From: an uncultured Alphaproteobacteria bacterium
Lineage (GTDB): Bacteria > Pseudomonadota > Alphaproteobacteria > CAWBKL01
Assembly (NCBI GenBank): GCA_963789405.1
Contig: CAWBKL010000003.1
Span: 613,452-677,451 of the forward strand
Direction: 5' to 3'
Length of the DNA: 64,000 nt
Part shown: piece by piece, positions 53,022 to 64,000 of the stretch
How the letters are laid out: each line of letters begins with the position of its first letter
How positions within the stretch are numbered: the first letter of the stretch is position 1
The notes under the pieces: generated by a model
The model's database searches: none
The model's input: only the letters and a program-made list of their open reading frames with translations
Told to the model about the DNA's origin: nothing
Made by a program: the position numbers and the translations under genes

Positions 53022-54556
53022 TCACGCGAAGCTGCGCGGCAAAGCCGCGAGATCACTTCTTTCAGCTTTTCGGTCGTCTCCTTCGTGAGCTCATGCTTGG
53101 TGCGGATGTATTCAAGAAGCGCAGCGTGGCTCGTGCGCAGGAGGCGCAACAACTCATCCTCGAAACGGCCGATCTGACCGGTCAGCGAGCTTGTCGAGAA
53201 AGCCGTTAACGCCGGCGAAGATGGAGACGACTTGCTCTTCGACCGGAAGCGGCGAGAATTGCGGTTGCTTCAAGAGCTCGGTCAGGCGCTCGCCGCGCGC
53301 AAGCAGGCGCTGGGTCGAGGCATCGAGATCGGAGCCGAATTGCGCGAAGGCCGCGATCTCGCGGTATTGCGCAAGGTCGAGCTTGATCGTGCCGGCAACC
53401 TGCTTCATCGCCTTGATCTGTGCCGCCGAGCCGACGCGGGAGACCGAAAGGCCGACATTCAACGCCGGCCGGATGCCTTGATAGAACAGATCGGACTTCG
53501 AGAAAGATCTGGCCGTCGGTGATCGAAATGACGTTGGTCGGGATATAGGCCGAAACGTCGTTGGCTTGCGTTTCGACGACCGGCAGCGCGGTGAGCGAGC
53601 CCGCGCCATGCGCTTCGTTCAGCTTTGCCGCGCGCTCCAAGAAGACGGGAGTGCAGATAGAACACATCGCCCGGATAGGCTTCGCGGCCCGGCGGACGGC
53701 GTAGCAGCAGCGACATTTGGCGATAGGCAACGGCCTGCTTGGAGAGGTCGTCATAGACGATCAGCGCATGCATGCCATTGTCGCGGAAATACTCGCCCAT
53801 GGCGCAGCCGGAGAAGGGCGCGAGGAACTGTAGCGGCGCAGGGTCCGAAGCCGTTGCGGCGACGATGATCGAATATTCGAGGGCGCCAAACTCTTCGAGC
53901 GTCTTGACGAGATTGGCGACCGACGAGCGCTTTTGGCCGACCGCGACATAGATGCAATAGAGCTTTGTTGGATTCGTCGCCGCCTGCGTTGATCGCCTTT
54001 TGATTGAGGATCGTATCGATGATGATTGCGGTCTTGCCGGTCTGACGGTCGCCAATAATCAGCTCGCGCTGGCCGCGCCCGATCGGGATCAGTGCATCGA
54101 TGGCTTTTAGGCCGGTCTGCATCGGCTCGTGCACGGATTTGCGCGGCAGAATGCCCGGCGCTTTCACATCGACGCGGCGGCGCTCGGAAGATTGGATCGG
54201 GCCTTTGCCGTCGAGCGGATTGCCAAGCGGATCGACGACGCGGCCGAGCAGCCCTTGCCGACGGGCACATCGACGATGGTGCCGGTGCGCTTGACCGTGT
54301 CGCCTTCTTTGATGTCGCGGTCGTAGCCGAAAATCACGACGCCGACATTGTCGGTTTCGAGGTTGAGCGCCATGCCGCTGATGCCGCCGGGAAACTCGAC
54401 CATTTCGCCGGCCATGACGCTATCGAGGCCGTAAACGCGCGCAATGCCGTCGCCGACCGAAAGCACTTGGCCGATCTCGATGACCTCGGTCTCAGTGCCG
54501 AACTCGGCGATCTGGCTCTTGAGAATTGATGAGATTTCCGCCGCCTGGATGTCCAT
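53022..54556 (-). CDS. atpA: F1 ATP synthase alpha subunit (frameshifted; end approximate)
   Basis: [67 protein letters not shown]. Confidence 0.96.
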
Positions 54557-55126
54557 TAACCGACCTCGCGCATTGCGATCTGAAGCTTCGAGAGCTGCGT
54601 CCTGATTGAGGAATCGACCATCACGCTGCCGACACTGACGACGAGACCGCCAAGAAGGCTATCGTCGACTGATTGCGACAGAGTGACGGTTTGGCCGAGC
54701 GCCGATTTCATCGTCGCTTTGACCGAATTGGTTTGCGCGCTGGTGAGCGCCCGTGCGCTTGTGACCCGCGCTGCGATCTCGCCACGGAAATGCGCCGCGA
54801 GCTTGAAGTAGTCCTCAATGATGTCGGGCAGCACGAACAAGCGGCGGTTGTGCATGATGACGCCGAGAAAGCGGCGCGTCAGTATCGGAAAGCCGCATCG
54901 CTTGCGTGATGGCATTGAGCGCCCTCCATTGCTCGTCCCGGCTGAACACCGGGCTTTTGATGAGGCGCCTAAAATCCACGCTCGCTTCGATCGCGCGCTT
55001 CAAATCATGCAGATCGCTTTCGACCGCAGGCACCGCGCCGGTGTCGGCGGCAAGCTCATAGAGCGCCGTCGCGTAGCGGCCATGCAGGCCCGTGACGATG
55101 GAGGTGGCTTCCAGCACTTGAGGCAC
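54556..55126 (-). CDS. atpH: F1 ATP synthase delta subunit (frameshift near 54890)
   Basis: [37 protein letters not shown]. Confidence 0.92.
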
Positions 55127-55353
55127 GTCTCCTAAGGCGCGTCTCAACAACCTTCTCAACCCCGCGTTTCGCGCGCTCCCGGTCCCGCGGGCGGCGAAGC
55201 CGACATGAACACGCCGCTTCAACCTGGGGACTTGAGACAAGCCCTTGATTTTATTATGAAACTGGCCGGGAGAGGACAGCCCCCGGCCAAACGCGCGCTC
55301 CTCCTAACATATGCCGTTTCGGGGTGCAACAAATCGCGACCCACACGCGACCT

Positions 55354-56088
55354 TCAGTCCTGTGCGATTTTGCGGTTGCGGCCGGATTTGGTGCCGGTCT
55401 TCAGCTTGGTGTTGGTCTCGCGGATCGCGATCTTGGGTAGCGTCTCGGCATTGTTTCTGAGAAAGCGCTTCACAGCTGCAGCATGATGGGTCGTCATCGA
55501 ACGCAACAGCCAGGAGACGGCTTTGGTGATGAGTATGTCGCGCTCGACCTGCAGCCGGCTGATGATCTCGAAAGACTCGTCGCGAAAGCGCACATCCTTG
55601 AAGGCGTGAACCGGCCGGGTAAGCAGCACCAGCGAAGCGCGGCGCTTATTGACGTCTTTCGATTTCGAAAGCCGCTGGATCAGTTTCTGCCAGTTCGGCC
55701 AATCGTTCGAGAGCTCGTCGGTGAAGACGTTCTGGCAAAGCGAATCCACCTCGGCCCAGCCATTGAGCTCACCGAGCCAGCGTTCGATGTCTTTGGGCTT
55801 CACGCTTGTGCGCGCCGGTTCGCTCGTTGCGATCAAGATGCAGGCGAGCGTCTTCTCTTCATGCGATTCGCCGTGGAACAGGCTCTCAATGGTGTCACGA
55901 ACTTCTTTGACGGGTGCGGCCTTGTGCGCGGCGAGCCAGCGCTTGGCGATTGCGCGGCGATCGGGAACGGAGACGAAATAGAACGGGCGTCCGCTGCCAT
56001 GATAGGAATCATTGCCCGGGTTGTCGCGGTTGCCGGGCCGTGCGTGTTTCCTGATCTCGGCCAGCAGCTTGGCGTGTTCCGGCGTCAT
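55354..56088 (-). CDS. DNA alkylation repair (AlkD-like HEAT-repeat) protein
   Basis: SHEEKTLA, NGWAEVDSLC, W..SKDVNKRRASLV, ILITKAVSWLLR. ATGA overlap with the priA stop. Confidence 0.78.
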   Translation of the reverse strand: MTPEHAKLLAEIRKHARPGNRDNPGNDSYHGSGRPFYFVSVPDRRAIAKRWLAAHKAAPVKEVRDTIESLFHGESHEEKTLACILIATSEPARTSVKPKDIERWLGELNGWAEVDSLCQNVFTDELSNDWPNWQKLIQRLSKSKDVNKRRASLVLLTRPVHAFKDVRFRDESFEIISRLQVERDILITKAVSWLLRSMTTHHAAAVKRFLRNNAETLPKIAIRETNTKLKTGTKSGRNRKIAQD

Positions 56089-58304
56089 AGGAAGCTGTAG
56101 GGGTCGATGTCGATCTGAAAGCGCAGGCCTGCGGGCTGCTTGATGTCCTCAAGCCAAGCCGACATGTAAGCCGATAAGTTGAAATTGCGCGGTGCTTTGA
56201 TCAGAAGCCGCGCGCGATGGCGACCACGCACCAGTGCGATCGGTGCGACGGCGGGACCGAAAATCCGCACCTCTTCGCTCGCCGGTGCGGCTTCGATCAA
56301 TTTGCGGCCGAAAGCCAACGTGTCGGCCTCGGTGCGCCCGCTCAAGATGACCGCAGCCAACCGGCCAAATGGCGGCAGCATTGCCACTTCGCGCTCTTCG
56401 GCCTGTTCTGTGAGGAAGGCATCTCTGTCGCCGGACGCCAGAGCGCGCATCACCGGGCGCTTCCGGCATATAGGTTTGCAGGAGCACGCGGCCGGGCAGT
56501 TCGGCGCGCCCCGCTCGCCCGCCCACCTGATGCAGCAGCTGAAAAGTGCGTTCCGCCGCGCGCAAATCGCCGCCCGTTAAGCCGAGATCTGCGTCGACGA
56601 CGCCAACCAGCGTGAGGCCCGGGAAATGATGGCCTTTGGCGACGATTTGTGTGCCGATCAAGATGTCGATCTCGCCTTGACGCATCGCCTCGAAGAAGGC
56701 TTGCGCGGCGGTCGGGCCATAGAGGAGATCGCTCGAAACGACTGCAGATTCTCGCTTCGGGAAACAGCGCGCGCACCTCTTCTTCGACGCGCTCGACGCC
56801 TGGCCCGCAGGCAACAAGGCCGTCAGGCGTACCGCAAGCCGGACATTTGTCGGGCTTGGGCATTGAGAAGCCGGTCTGATGGCAAACCAAGCGATTCGAA
56901 ACCGGTGCTCGACAAGCCAGGTCGATGCATGCGGGCTCACAAGCTGATGTCCGCAGGCGCGGCAAATGGTGAGCGGGGCATAGCCGCGGCGATTGAGGAA
57001 GAGGAGCGATTGCTCTTTGCGCTCCAGCGTCTCGCGCAAGCGCGGTGATCAGTGATGGCGAAAGCAAGTGCCCACGCTCGGGCGGGGCTTTGCGTAAGTC
57101 GATCGTTGCGACCGATGGCTCGATCGCGCCGCCATGGCGTTGCGGCAAGCTCAGACGCTCGATAACGGCCCGCGCGGGCATTGACATCGCTTTCGAGCGA
57201 AGGTGTCGCCGAGGCGAGCACGATCGGCACAGCGCAGCCATGCGTGCGCGGACAATTGCCATGTCACGCGCATTGTAGAGCAGCACATCCTCCTGCTTGT
57301 AGCTCTGGTCATGCTCCTCATCGACGACAATGAGGCCGAGCTTGGCGAATGGCAGAAACAGTGCCGAGCGCGCGCCGACAATCACGGAGGCCGTGCCTTC
57401 GGCAATCGCGCGCCAGAGCCCTGCGGCGATCGAGGCTTGTGAGGTCCGAGTGCCATTCGACTGGCCGGCAGCCGAAACGCGCCTCGAACCGACCCAAAAA
57501 CTGCTTTGTCAGCGCGATCTCGGGCACAAGCACAAGTGCTTGGCGGCCCGCTTCAAGTGTTGCGGCGATCGCTTCAAGATAGACTTCAGTTTTGCCCGAG
57601 CCTGTCACGCCGTCCAAGAGGAATGGCTTGAAAGCCCGCGCTTCGACGGCGGTCCTAAGCGCCACCGCAGCTTGCGCTTGCGCCGGCGAAAGCGTGGGCG
57701 GCGCAAGCGAAAGGTCGGGCTTGGGCGGCGGCGGATCGGCTCGCCTGAGCTCGCCCGCAAGTGCGTCCGCGTTGATCAGCCCTTTGATCACCGCGCTTGA
57801 GACGCCCGCTTCTTCTGCGAGTGCCTGCGGATGGCGTGCAAGCCCATCGCTGGCAACTGCGAGCACACGCTCGCGCGCCGGCGTCATCCGCATTTGCGGC
57901 AAGCTTTGCGCGCGGCGATACCATGTTTCCATAGGCGGCGGCTCGATGGCGCCACGTGAGCGCAACACCAAGCGCAACACGCCGCCTGGCGGCGAGCACG
58001 TGTAGCGCGCGACCCAATCAATGAAGTCCACAAGCTCGGATTTAAGCGGCGGCGTTTCGAAGCGATGCTCAACGCTGCGGATCTTTTCGGCGGCAATCTC
58101 TGCGGGCGTCTCGGGCGTCGGCGCGCTCATGACGAGGCCAAGCTCCAGGCGTTAGCCGAACGGAACGGCGACGACGGCGCCACGCTGCAAACGCGCTTCT
58201 CCGCACCGATAGGTGAAGCGTCCGGCCACGGGCGTTGCGACAACCACCTCAACAAACGCCTCCTCGCTCGCCGCGCGAAGAGCGGTGTGCGCATTTGCTT
58301 GCAA
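56085..58304 (-). CDS. priA: Primosomal protein N' (several indels and one in-frame TAA at 58152-54)
   Basis: [80 protein letters not shown]. The TTG start is inferred. Confidence 0.93.
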
Positions 58305-58424
58305 GGCATCTGTCAAGGGTCTGGGGCGGTTGCATTGAAATTCTGTTTGTTGGCGTTCACCGAAGCTGGAAGAAGAGCCCCGTCTATTCTAAAGTGAAGT
58401 GTGCCAAGGGCGAGACGGTGTTTC

Positions 58425-59087
58425 ATGCAATTTTTCGTGGACACGGCTGATACCAACGAGATTCGCGAGCTTGCCGCAAGCGGGCTCTTCGATGGCGTGA
58501 CGACAAATCCGTCGCTGGTGGCGAAGTCCGGCCGCGATTTCTTCGAGGTTTTGCGCGAGATCGCCAAGCTGATCTCCGGGCCGATCAGCGCAGAGGTCAC
58601 GGCGCCTGGAGCTTCCGGCATGATCGAGGAAGGTCAGCGGCTCGCGCGTATCGCCTCCAATATCGTGGTCAAGGTTCCGCTCACCTGGGAAGGCCTCAAG
58701 GCCTGTCGCGCTCTGGTGAATGAAGGCATTGGCGTCAATGTCACATTATGCTTTTCGGCCAATCAGGCGCTGCTGGCGGCCAAAGCGGGCGCGACTTATG
58801 TCTCGCCCTTTGTCGGCAGACTCGACGATGTCGGCGAGAACGGCATGAAGCTCATCGCCGATATCAAGCAAATCTATGATCACTATGAGGCATTGCGCAC
58901 CAAGATTTTGGTGGCATCGATCCGCTCCGCCGATCACGTCAAGCAGGCTGCGCTGATCGGGGCGCATGTTGCGACCATTCCGCCGGCCATATTGCGCGAG
59001 CTGGTCAAGCATGCGCTTACCGACAAAGGCCTTGCCGCATTCACCGCCGATTGGGCCAAGACCGGCCAATCGATTTTGAAGCGCTGA
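58425..59087 (+). CDS. fsa: Transaldolase / fructose-6-phosphate aldolase family
   Basis: [43 protein letters not shown]. Confidence 0.92.
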   Translation: MQFFVDTADTNEIRELAASGLFDGVTTNPSLVAKSGRDFFEVLREIAKLISGPISAEVTAPGASGMIEEGQRLARIASNIVVKVPLTWEGLKACRALVNEGIGVNVTLCFSANQALLAAKAGATYVSPFVGRLDDVGENGMKLIADIKQIYDHYEALRTKILVASIRSADHVKQAALIGAHVATIPPAILRELVKHALTDKGLAAFTADWAKTGQSILKR

Positions 59088-59095
59088 GGGGCCGA

Positions 59096-59842
59096 ATGGA
59101 TAAGCCGCCAAGCCAGCCGCCGGAGCTTCTAGAGCCTGCGCCCGACTCGGTCGGTATCGATGATGTCAAAGCCTATTTGCGTGCGCATCCTTATGCGCTT
59201 GAAGAGGATCGCGAGCTGCTCCGCCTGCTCACGCCACCGGAGCATCGGCGCGGTCATAATGTTGTCGATCTGCAGAGCTTCATGATCGAGCGCCTGCGTA
59301 CGCAAGCTGTGGAGCGTGAGGCACGCGAAGATAGGATCCGCCAAGCGATCGCGGCCGATGCGCTCGATGAGCGGCGGGTGCAGAAGGCGGCGCTCGCGCT
59401 TTGCGCGGCCCGCAGCTTCGAAGCGCTGATCTCGGTCATTACCAATGATCTCGCGCCGGCTCTGGGCGCGAGCGTGGTCGTGCTCAATATCGAGCGGCCG
59501 GCGGGCGCATCAAGCGGTATTGAGCTTGCGGCGGTGCGCGCCGGTGGGCCGATCCAAATGATAGCGCAAGGCGCGGTCGAGCGGCTGCTTGGGCCCGGCG
59601 GTGATGTCAAAGCCGGTATTCCGGGCAGTGATGCGCCGATGTTTCCGCGCACCAAGGGTCCCGTTCGCTCGTTCGTTGCCATGCGCCTGGCATTCGCCCC
59701 TGCGGCGCCCCATGGATTACTCGCGATTGGCTCAAAAACGACAGGACGGTTTGCCAAGAGTACCGGTCTTCATCGCTATGTGTTTCTTGCGCGCCTTGTC
59801 GAATCCGGCATCAAGCTTTGGCTCGACCTGCCGCCGGGTTGA
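59096..59842 (+). CDS. DUF484 family protein
   Basis: VKAYLRAHP...VVDLQSFMIERLR, LLAIGS. Usual position upstream of xerC. Confidence 0.8.
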   Translation: MDKPPSQPPELLEPAPDSVGIDDVKAYLRAHPYALEEDRELLRLLTPPEHRRGHNVVDLQSFMIERLRTQAVEREAREDRIRQAIAADALDERRVQKAALALCAARSFEALISVITNDLAPALGASVVVLNIERPAGASSGIELAAVRAGGPIQMIAQGAVERLLGPGGDVKAGIPGSDAPMFPRTKGPVRSFVAMRLAFAPAAPHGLLAIGSKTTGRFAKSTGLHRYVFLARLVESGIKLWLDLPPG

Positions 59843-59886
59843 TTGCGCTCTTTTCGCTGCGCGCAACTCCGTCCACACTCGTGGGT

Positions 59887-60813
59887 ATGGCTGGCCCTAA
59901 GTCGAAATCGGCATTGAGTGAGGCGCTTGGCGCATTCGAAGCGCATCTGACGGCTGAGCGCCGCGCGTCCCCGCTTACTGTGCGCGCCTATCTTGCGGAT
60001 GTCGGTGAGCTCATCGCATTTCTGCGCGAGCATGAGGATGCCGCGCCGACGCTGCGAATGCTTCTGGGCCTTTCAATTGCCGAGTTTCGCGCTTGGCTCA
60101 GCAGCCTCGCGGCTTCCGAAATCAGCCCACGAAGCCGCGCGCGAAAACTTTCGAGCGTCAAATCCTTCTACCGTTTCTTGGATCGCACGGGGCTCGGCCG
60201 AAACACCGCGATCGCCGAGATCAAAGCGCCGAGATTTGCGCGCCCGCCGCCGCGCCCGGTGCCGACAGCATCGGCGCAGAGCATGATTGAGGATGCGGCA
60301 GAGGAGGGCGGCGCGCCATGGATTGCCGCGCGCGATACCGCAATCTTTCTCCTGCTTTATGGCGCCGGCTTGCGCATCTCCGAAGCACTTGGCTTGCCCG
60401 CAGAGATCGCCGATGGACGCGAAGCGCTCGAGATCGCGGGCAAGGGGCGCAAACTGCGCCGCGTTCCGCTTATCGCCGTCATCCGAGATGCGCTCAAAGA
60501 CTGTCGCGCAAAATTGCCGTTCGAAGTGAAGTCGGATGAGCCGCTGTTTCGTGGTGAAAAAGGCGGCGCACTTAATCCGCGCATCGTTCAGCGACGCATG
60601 GCGCAAATGCGCGGAAGATTTGGTTTGCCCGAGACGGCAACGCCGCATGCTCTGCGCCATGCCTTTGCGACCGATCTCCTGCGTGCCGGTGCCGATTTGC
60701 GCACGATCCAGGAATTGCTCGGTCACGCATCGCTTTCGACGACGCAAAACTACACCGAGGTCGATCCCACGCACCTGCTGGCGCAATACACCAAGGCGCA
60801 TCCGCGCGCTTGA
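59887..60813 (+). CDS. xerC: Tyrosine recombinase XerC
   Basis: Catalytic R-K-H-R-H-Y intact: GLRISE, GKGRK, HALRH, LLGH, TQNYT. Housekeeping context. Confidence 0.9.
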   Translation: MAGPKSKSALSEALGAFEAHLTAERRASPLTVRAYLADVGELIAFLREHEDAAPTLRMLLGLSIAEFRAWLSSLAASEISPRSRARKLSSVKSFYRFLDRTGLGRNTAIAEIKAPRFARPPPRPVPTASAQSMIEDAAEEGGAPWIAARDTAIFLLLYGAGLRISEALGLPAEIADGREALEIAGKGRKLRRVPLIAVIRDALKDCRAKLPFEVKSDEPLFRGEKGGALNPRIVQRRMAQMRGRFGLPETATPHALRHAFATDLLRAGADLRTIQELLGHASLSTTQNYTEVDPTHLLAQYTKAHPRA

Positions 60814-60824
60814 TCGAGCGCGTT

Positions 60825-62235
<1,411 letters not shown>

Positions 62236-62251
62236 TGTCGTTTCCTTTCCG

Positions 62252-62351
62252 CCTCATCCCTTCAGGGAGAGGGAGGGGTGAGGGTACTGAGCTGGCATCA
62301 CACCCTCACCCGAACAGCATTGCTGTTCGGCCTCTCCCTGAGGGGAGAGGT
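62252..62351. repeat. Palindromic intergenic element (CTCTCCC/GGGAGAG family) between sucB and lpdA
   Basis: GGTGAGGGT/ACCCTCACC, CCGAACAGCA-T-TGCTGTTCGG, CCTCTCCC/GGGAGAGG. Same architecture as 50541-50658. Confidence 0.75.
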
Positions 62352-62361
62352 GAAGCTAAAG

Positions 62362-63635
62362 TCAGATGTCGAGCAGCATGCGCTCAGGGGCTTCGAGACA
62401 TTCTTTGACGCGGACGAGGAAGGTCACTGCCTCTTTGCCGTCGACGAGGCGGTGATCATAGGACAGCGCAATATACATCATCGGCCGGATGACCACCTGG
62501 CCCTTGAGGGCAATCGGCCGCTCCTCGATCTTATGCATGCCCAAAATGCCGGATTGCGGCGCATTGAGGATCGGCGTCGACATCAGCGAGCCGAACACGC
62601 CGCCATTAGTGATGGTGAACGTACCGCCCTGCAGCTCTTCGAGCTTCAGCGTGCCATCGCGGGCTCTGAGGCCAAAGTCATGGATCTCACGCTCGATCTC
62701 GGCGAGCGATTTCAAATCCGCGTCGCGCACCACCGGCACGACAAGGCCGCGCTCGGTCGAGACGGCAACGCCGATGTCGTAGTGGTTCTTGTAGACGATG
62801 TCGGTGCCGTCGATTTCGGCATTGACGGCCGGAATGTCCTTGAGCGCAACAATGCAGGCTTTGACGAAGAAGCCCATGAAGCCGAGCTTCACCTGATGCT
62901 TCTTTTCGAAAATATCCTTGTAATGGCCGCGCGTCTCGATCACCGCCGACATGTCGACCTCGTTGAAGGTCGTCAGCATGGCTGCGGTGTCTTGTGCTTC
63001 TTTGAGGCGCGTTGCGATGGTCTGGCTGAGGCGCGTCATGCGCACGCGCTCTTCGCGCGCGGCCCTCGTCAATCGCGGGCTCGGGCGCGCGCACTTGGGT
63101 TGCCGGGCGCGGCGCTTCGGCCATTTTCTCGAGCGCGGCGAGCGCATCGGCTTTGGTGATGCGGCCATCTTTGCCGGTGCCGGCGATCTTCGATGTGTCG
63201 AGACCGGTCTCGGCGGCGATGCGGCGCACTGACGGCGGGATCGACTTGTTCGGGTGCTGCCTTGGGTGCGATTGGCGCTGGTGCTGCGGCCGGTTTGGCC
63301 TCGGCTTTTGGCATCGGCGCCGGCTTTGCGGCGGCAGGCTTTGCTGCCTTGGACGCATCGGCACCATTGCCGTTCGACTTCGCTGTGGCAGCTCCGGCGC
63401 CTTCGGCGATCGAAGCCGAGAGAGCGCCGACCTCGACGGTGTCGCCTGTCTTCACCTTGATCGCGGAAAGCACGCCATTGGAGGGCGCGGGAACTTCAAT
63501 CGTCACCTTGTCGGTTTCGAGCTCGACCAGCGGCTCGTCGGCTTTCACCGCTTCGCCTTCTTTCTTGAACCATTGGCCGATGGTGGCTTCGGTGACGGAT
63601 TCACCCAAGGTCGGCACGCGGATCTCAGTTGCCAT
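62362..63635 (-). CDS. sucB: 2-oxoglutarate dehydrogenase E2 (frameshift near 63060)
   Basis: Lipoyl motif [32 protein letters not shown]. Confidence 0.96.
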
Positions 63636-63655
63636 ATTTCCCTCTTAGGGACGTC

Positions 63656-64000
63656 TCAGTCAGAGAACGCCTCTTCCATGAATGCCTTCATCTCGGTGAG
63701 ATGCTTGCTCATGAGGCCTGTTGCCGTTGCGGCGCTGGCCGGCCGGCCGGCATAGCGAGCTCTAAGCCCCGCACGGCCGATCTGCGCCATCACCCATTCG
63801 ATGTTCGGCTCCATGAACGACCAGGCACCCATGTTTTTCGGTTCTTCCTGGCACCAAACGATTTCCGCATGCGGGAAGCGCTGCAATTCTTTCACCAGCG
63901 ACTTCACCGGGAACGGATAGAACTGCTCGACACGCAGGATTTGAATGTCGTTGATCCCGCGCGCTTCGCGCTCTTCGTAGAGATCGAAATAGACCTTGCC
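63656..64000 (-). CDS. sucA: 2-oxoglutarate dehydrogenase E1, 3' end only
   Basis: RVEQFYPFP, WCQEEPKNMGAW, YAGRPASAATATG. Confidence 0.93.
   Translation of the reverse strand, partial: GKVYFDLYEEREARGINDIQILRVEQFYPFPVKSLVKELQRFPHAEIVWCQEEPKNMGAWSFMEPNIEWVMAQIGRAGLRARYAGRPASAATATGLMSKHLTEMKAFMEEAFSD

Noticed and set aside
59887-60813. Phage or island integrase, or a nearby dif site
   Set aside because: The context fsa-DUF484-xerC-lpdA is the standard housekeeping arrangement. I saw no att or dif sequence and no phage genes.

Overview
A GC-rich alphaproteobacterial chromosome segment, mostly housekeeping. Lineage is inferred from gene order such as priA-fsa-DUF484-xerC-lpdA-sucB-sucA, acnA/ccmABCDG, ispZ-ftsY-mtaB-dapF and atpHAGDC. 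It contains znuABC with a Zur-like box, tRNA-Ala(CGC), yggT-yggU-folD, rlmN, ompW with two FNR-type boxes, a GldA/F/G+DUF4340-type ABC operon, one apparently intact IS630, hldE, mmcB and two families of palindromic intergenic repeats. Many genes, including essential ones, are broken by indels that cluster in blocks. I read these as long-read consensus errors rather than pseudogenes. I found no CRISPR array, prophage or rRNA. The best leads are: (1) a promoter- and terminator-bounded ~165-nt candidate sRNA with a duplicated C-rich loop (24.7-24.86 kb); (2) a stand-alone MFS exporter-ACP-NodE-like ketosynthase module beside tRNA-Ala; (3) a second structured non-coding region at 45.6-45.8 kb with a nearby perfect 10-bp operator-like inverted repeat; (4) an unannotated 30-aa membrane peptide with a strong RBS near a 7-1-7 palindrome; (5) a signal-less orphan periplasmic-binding-fold protein; (6) a degenerate EAL-like protein. 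Product names come from motif recognition by eye. No database search was run.
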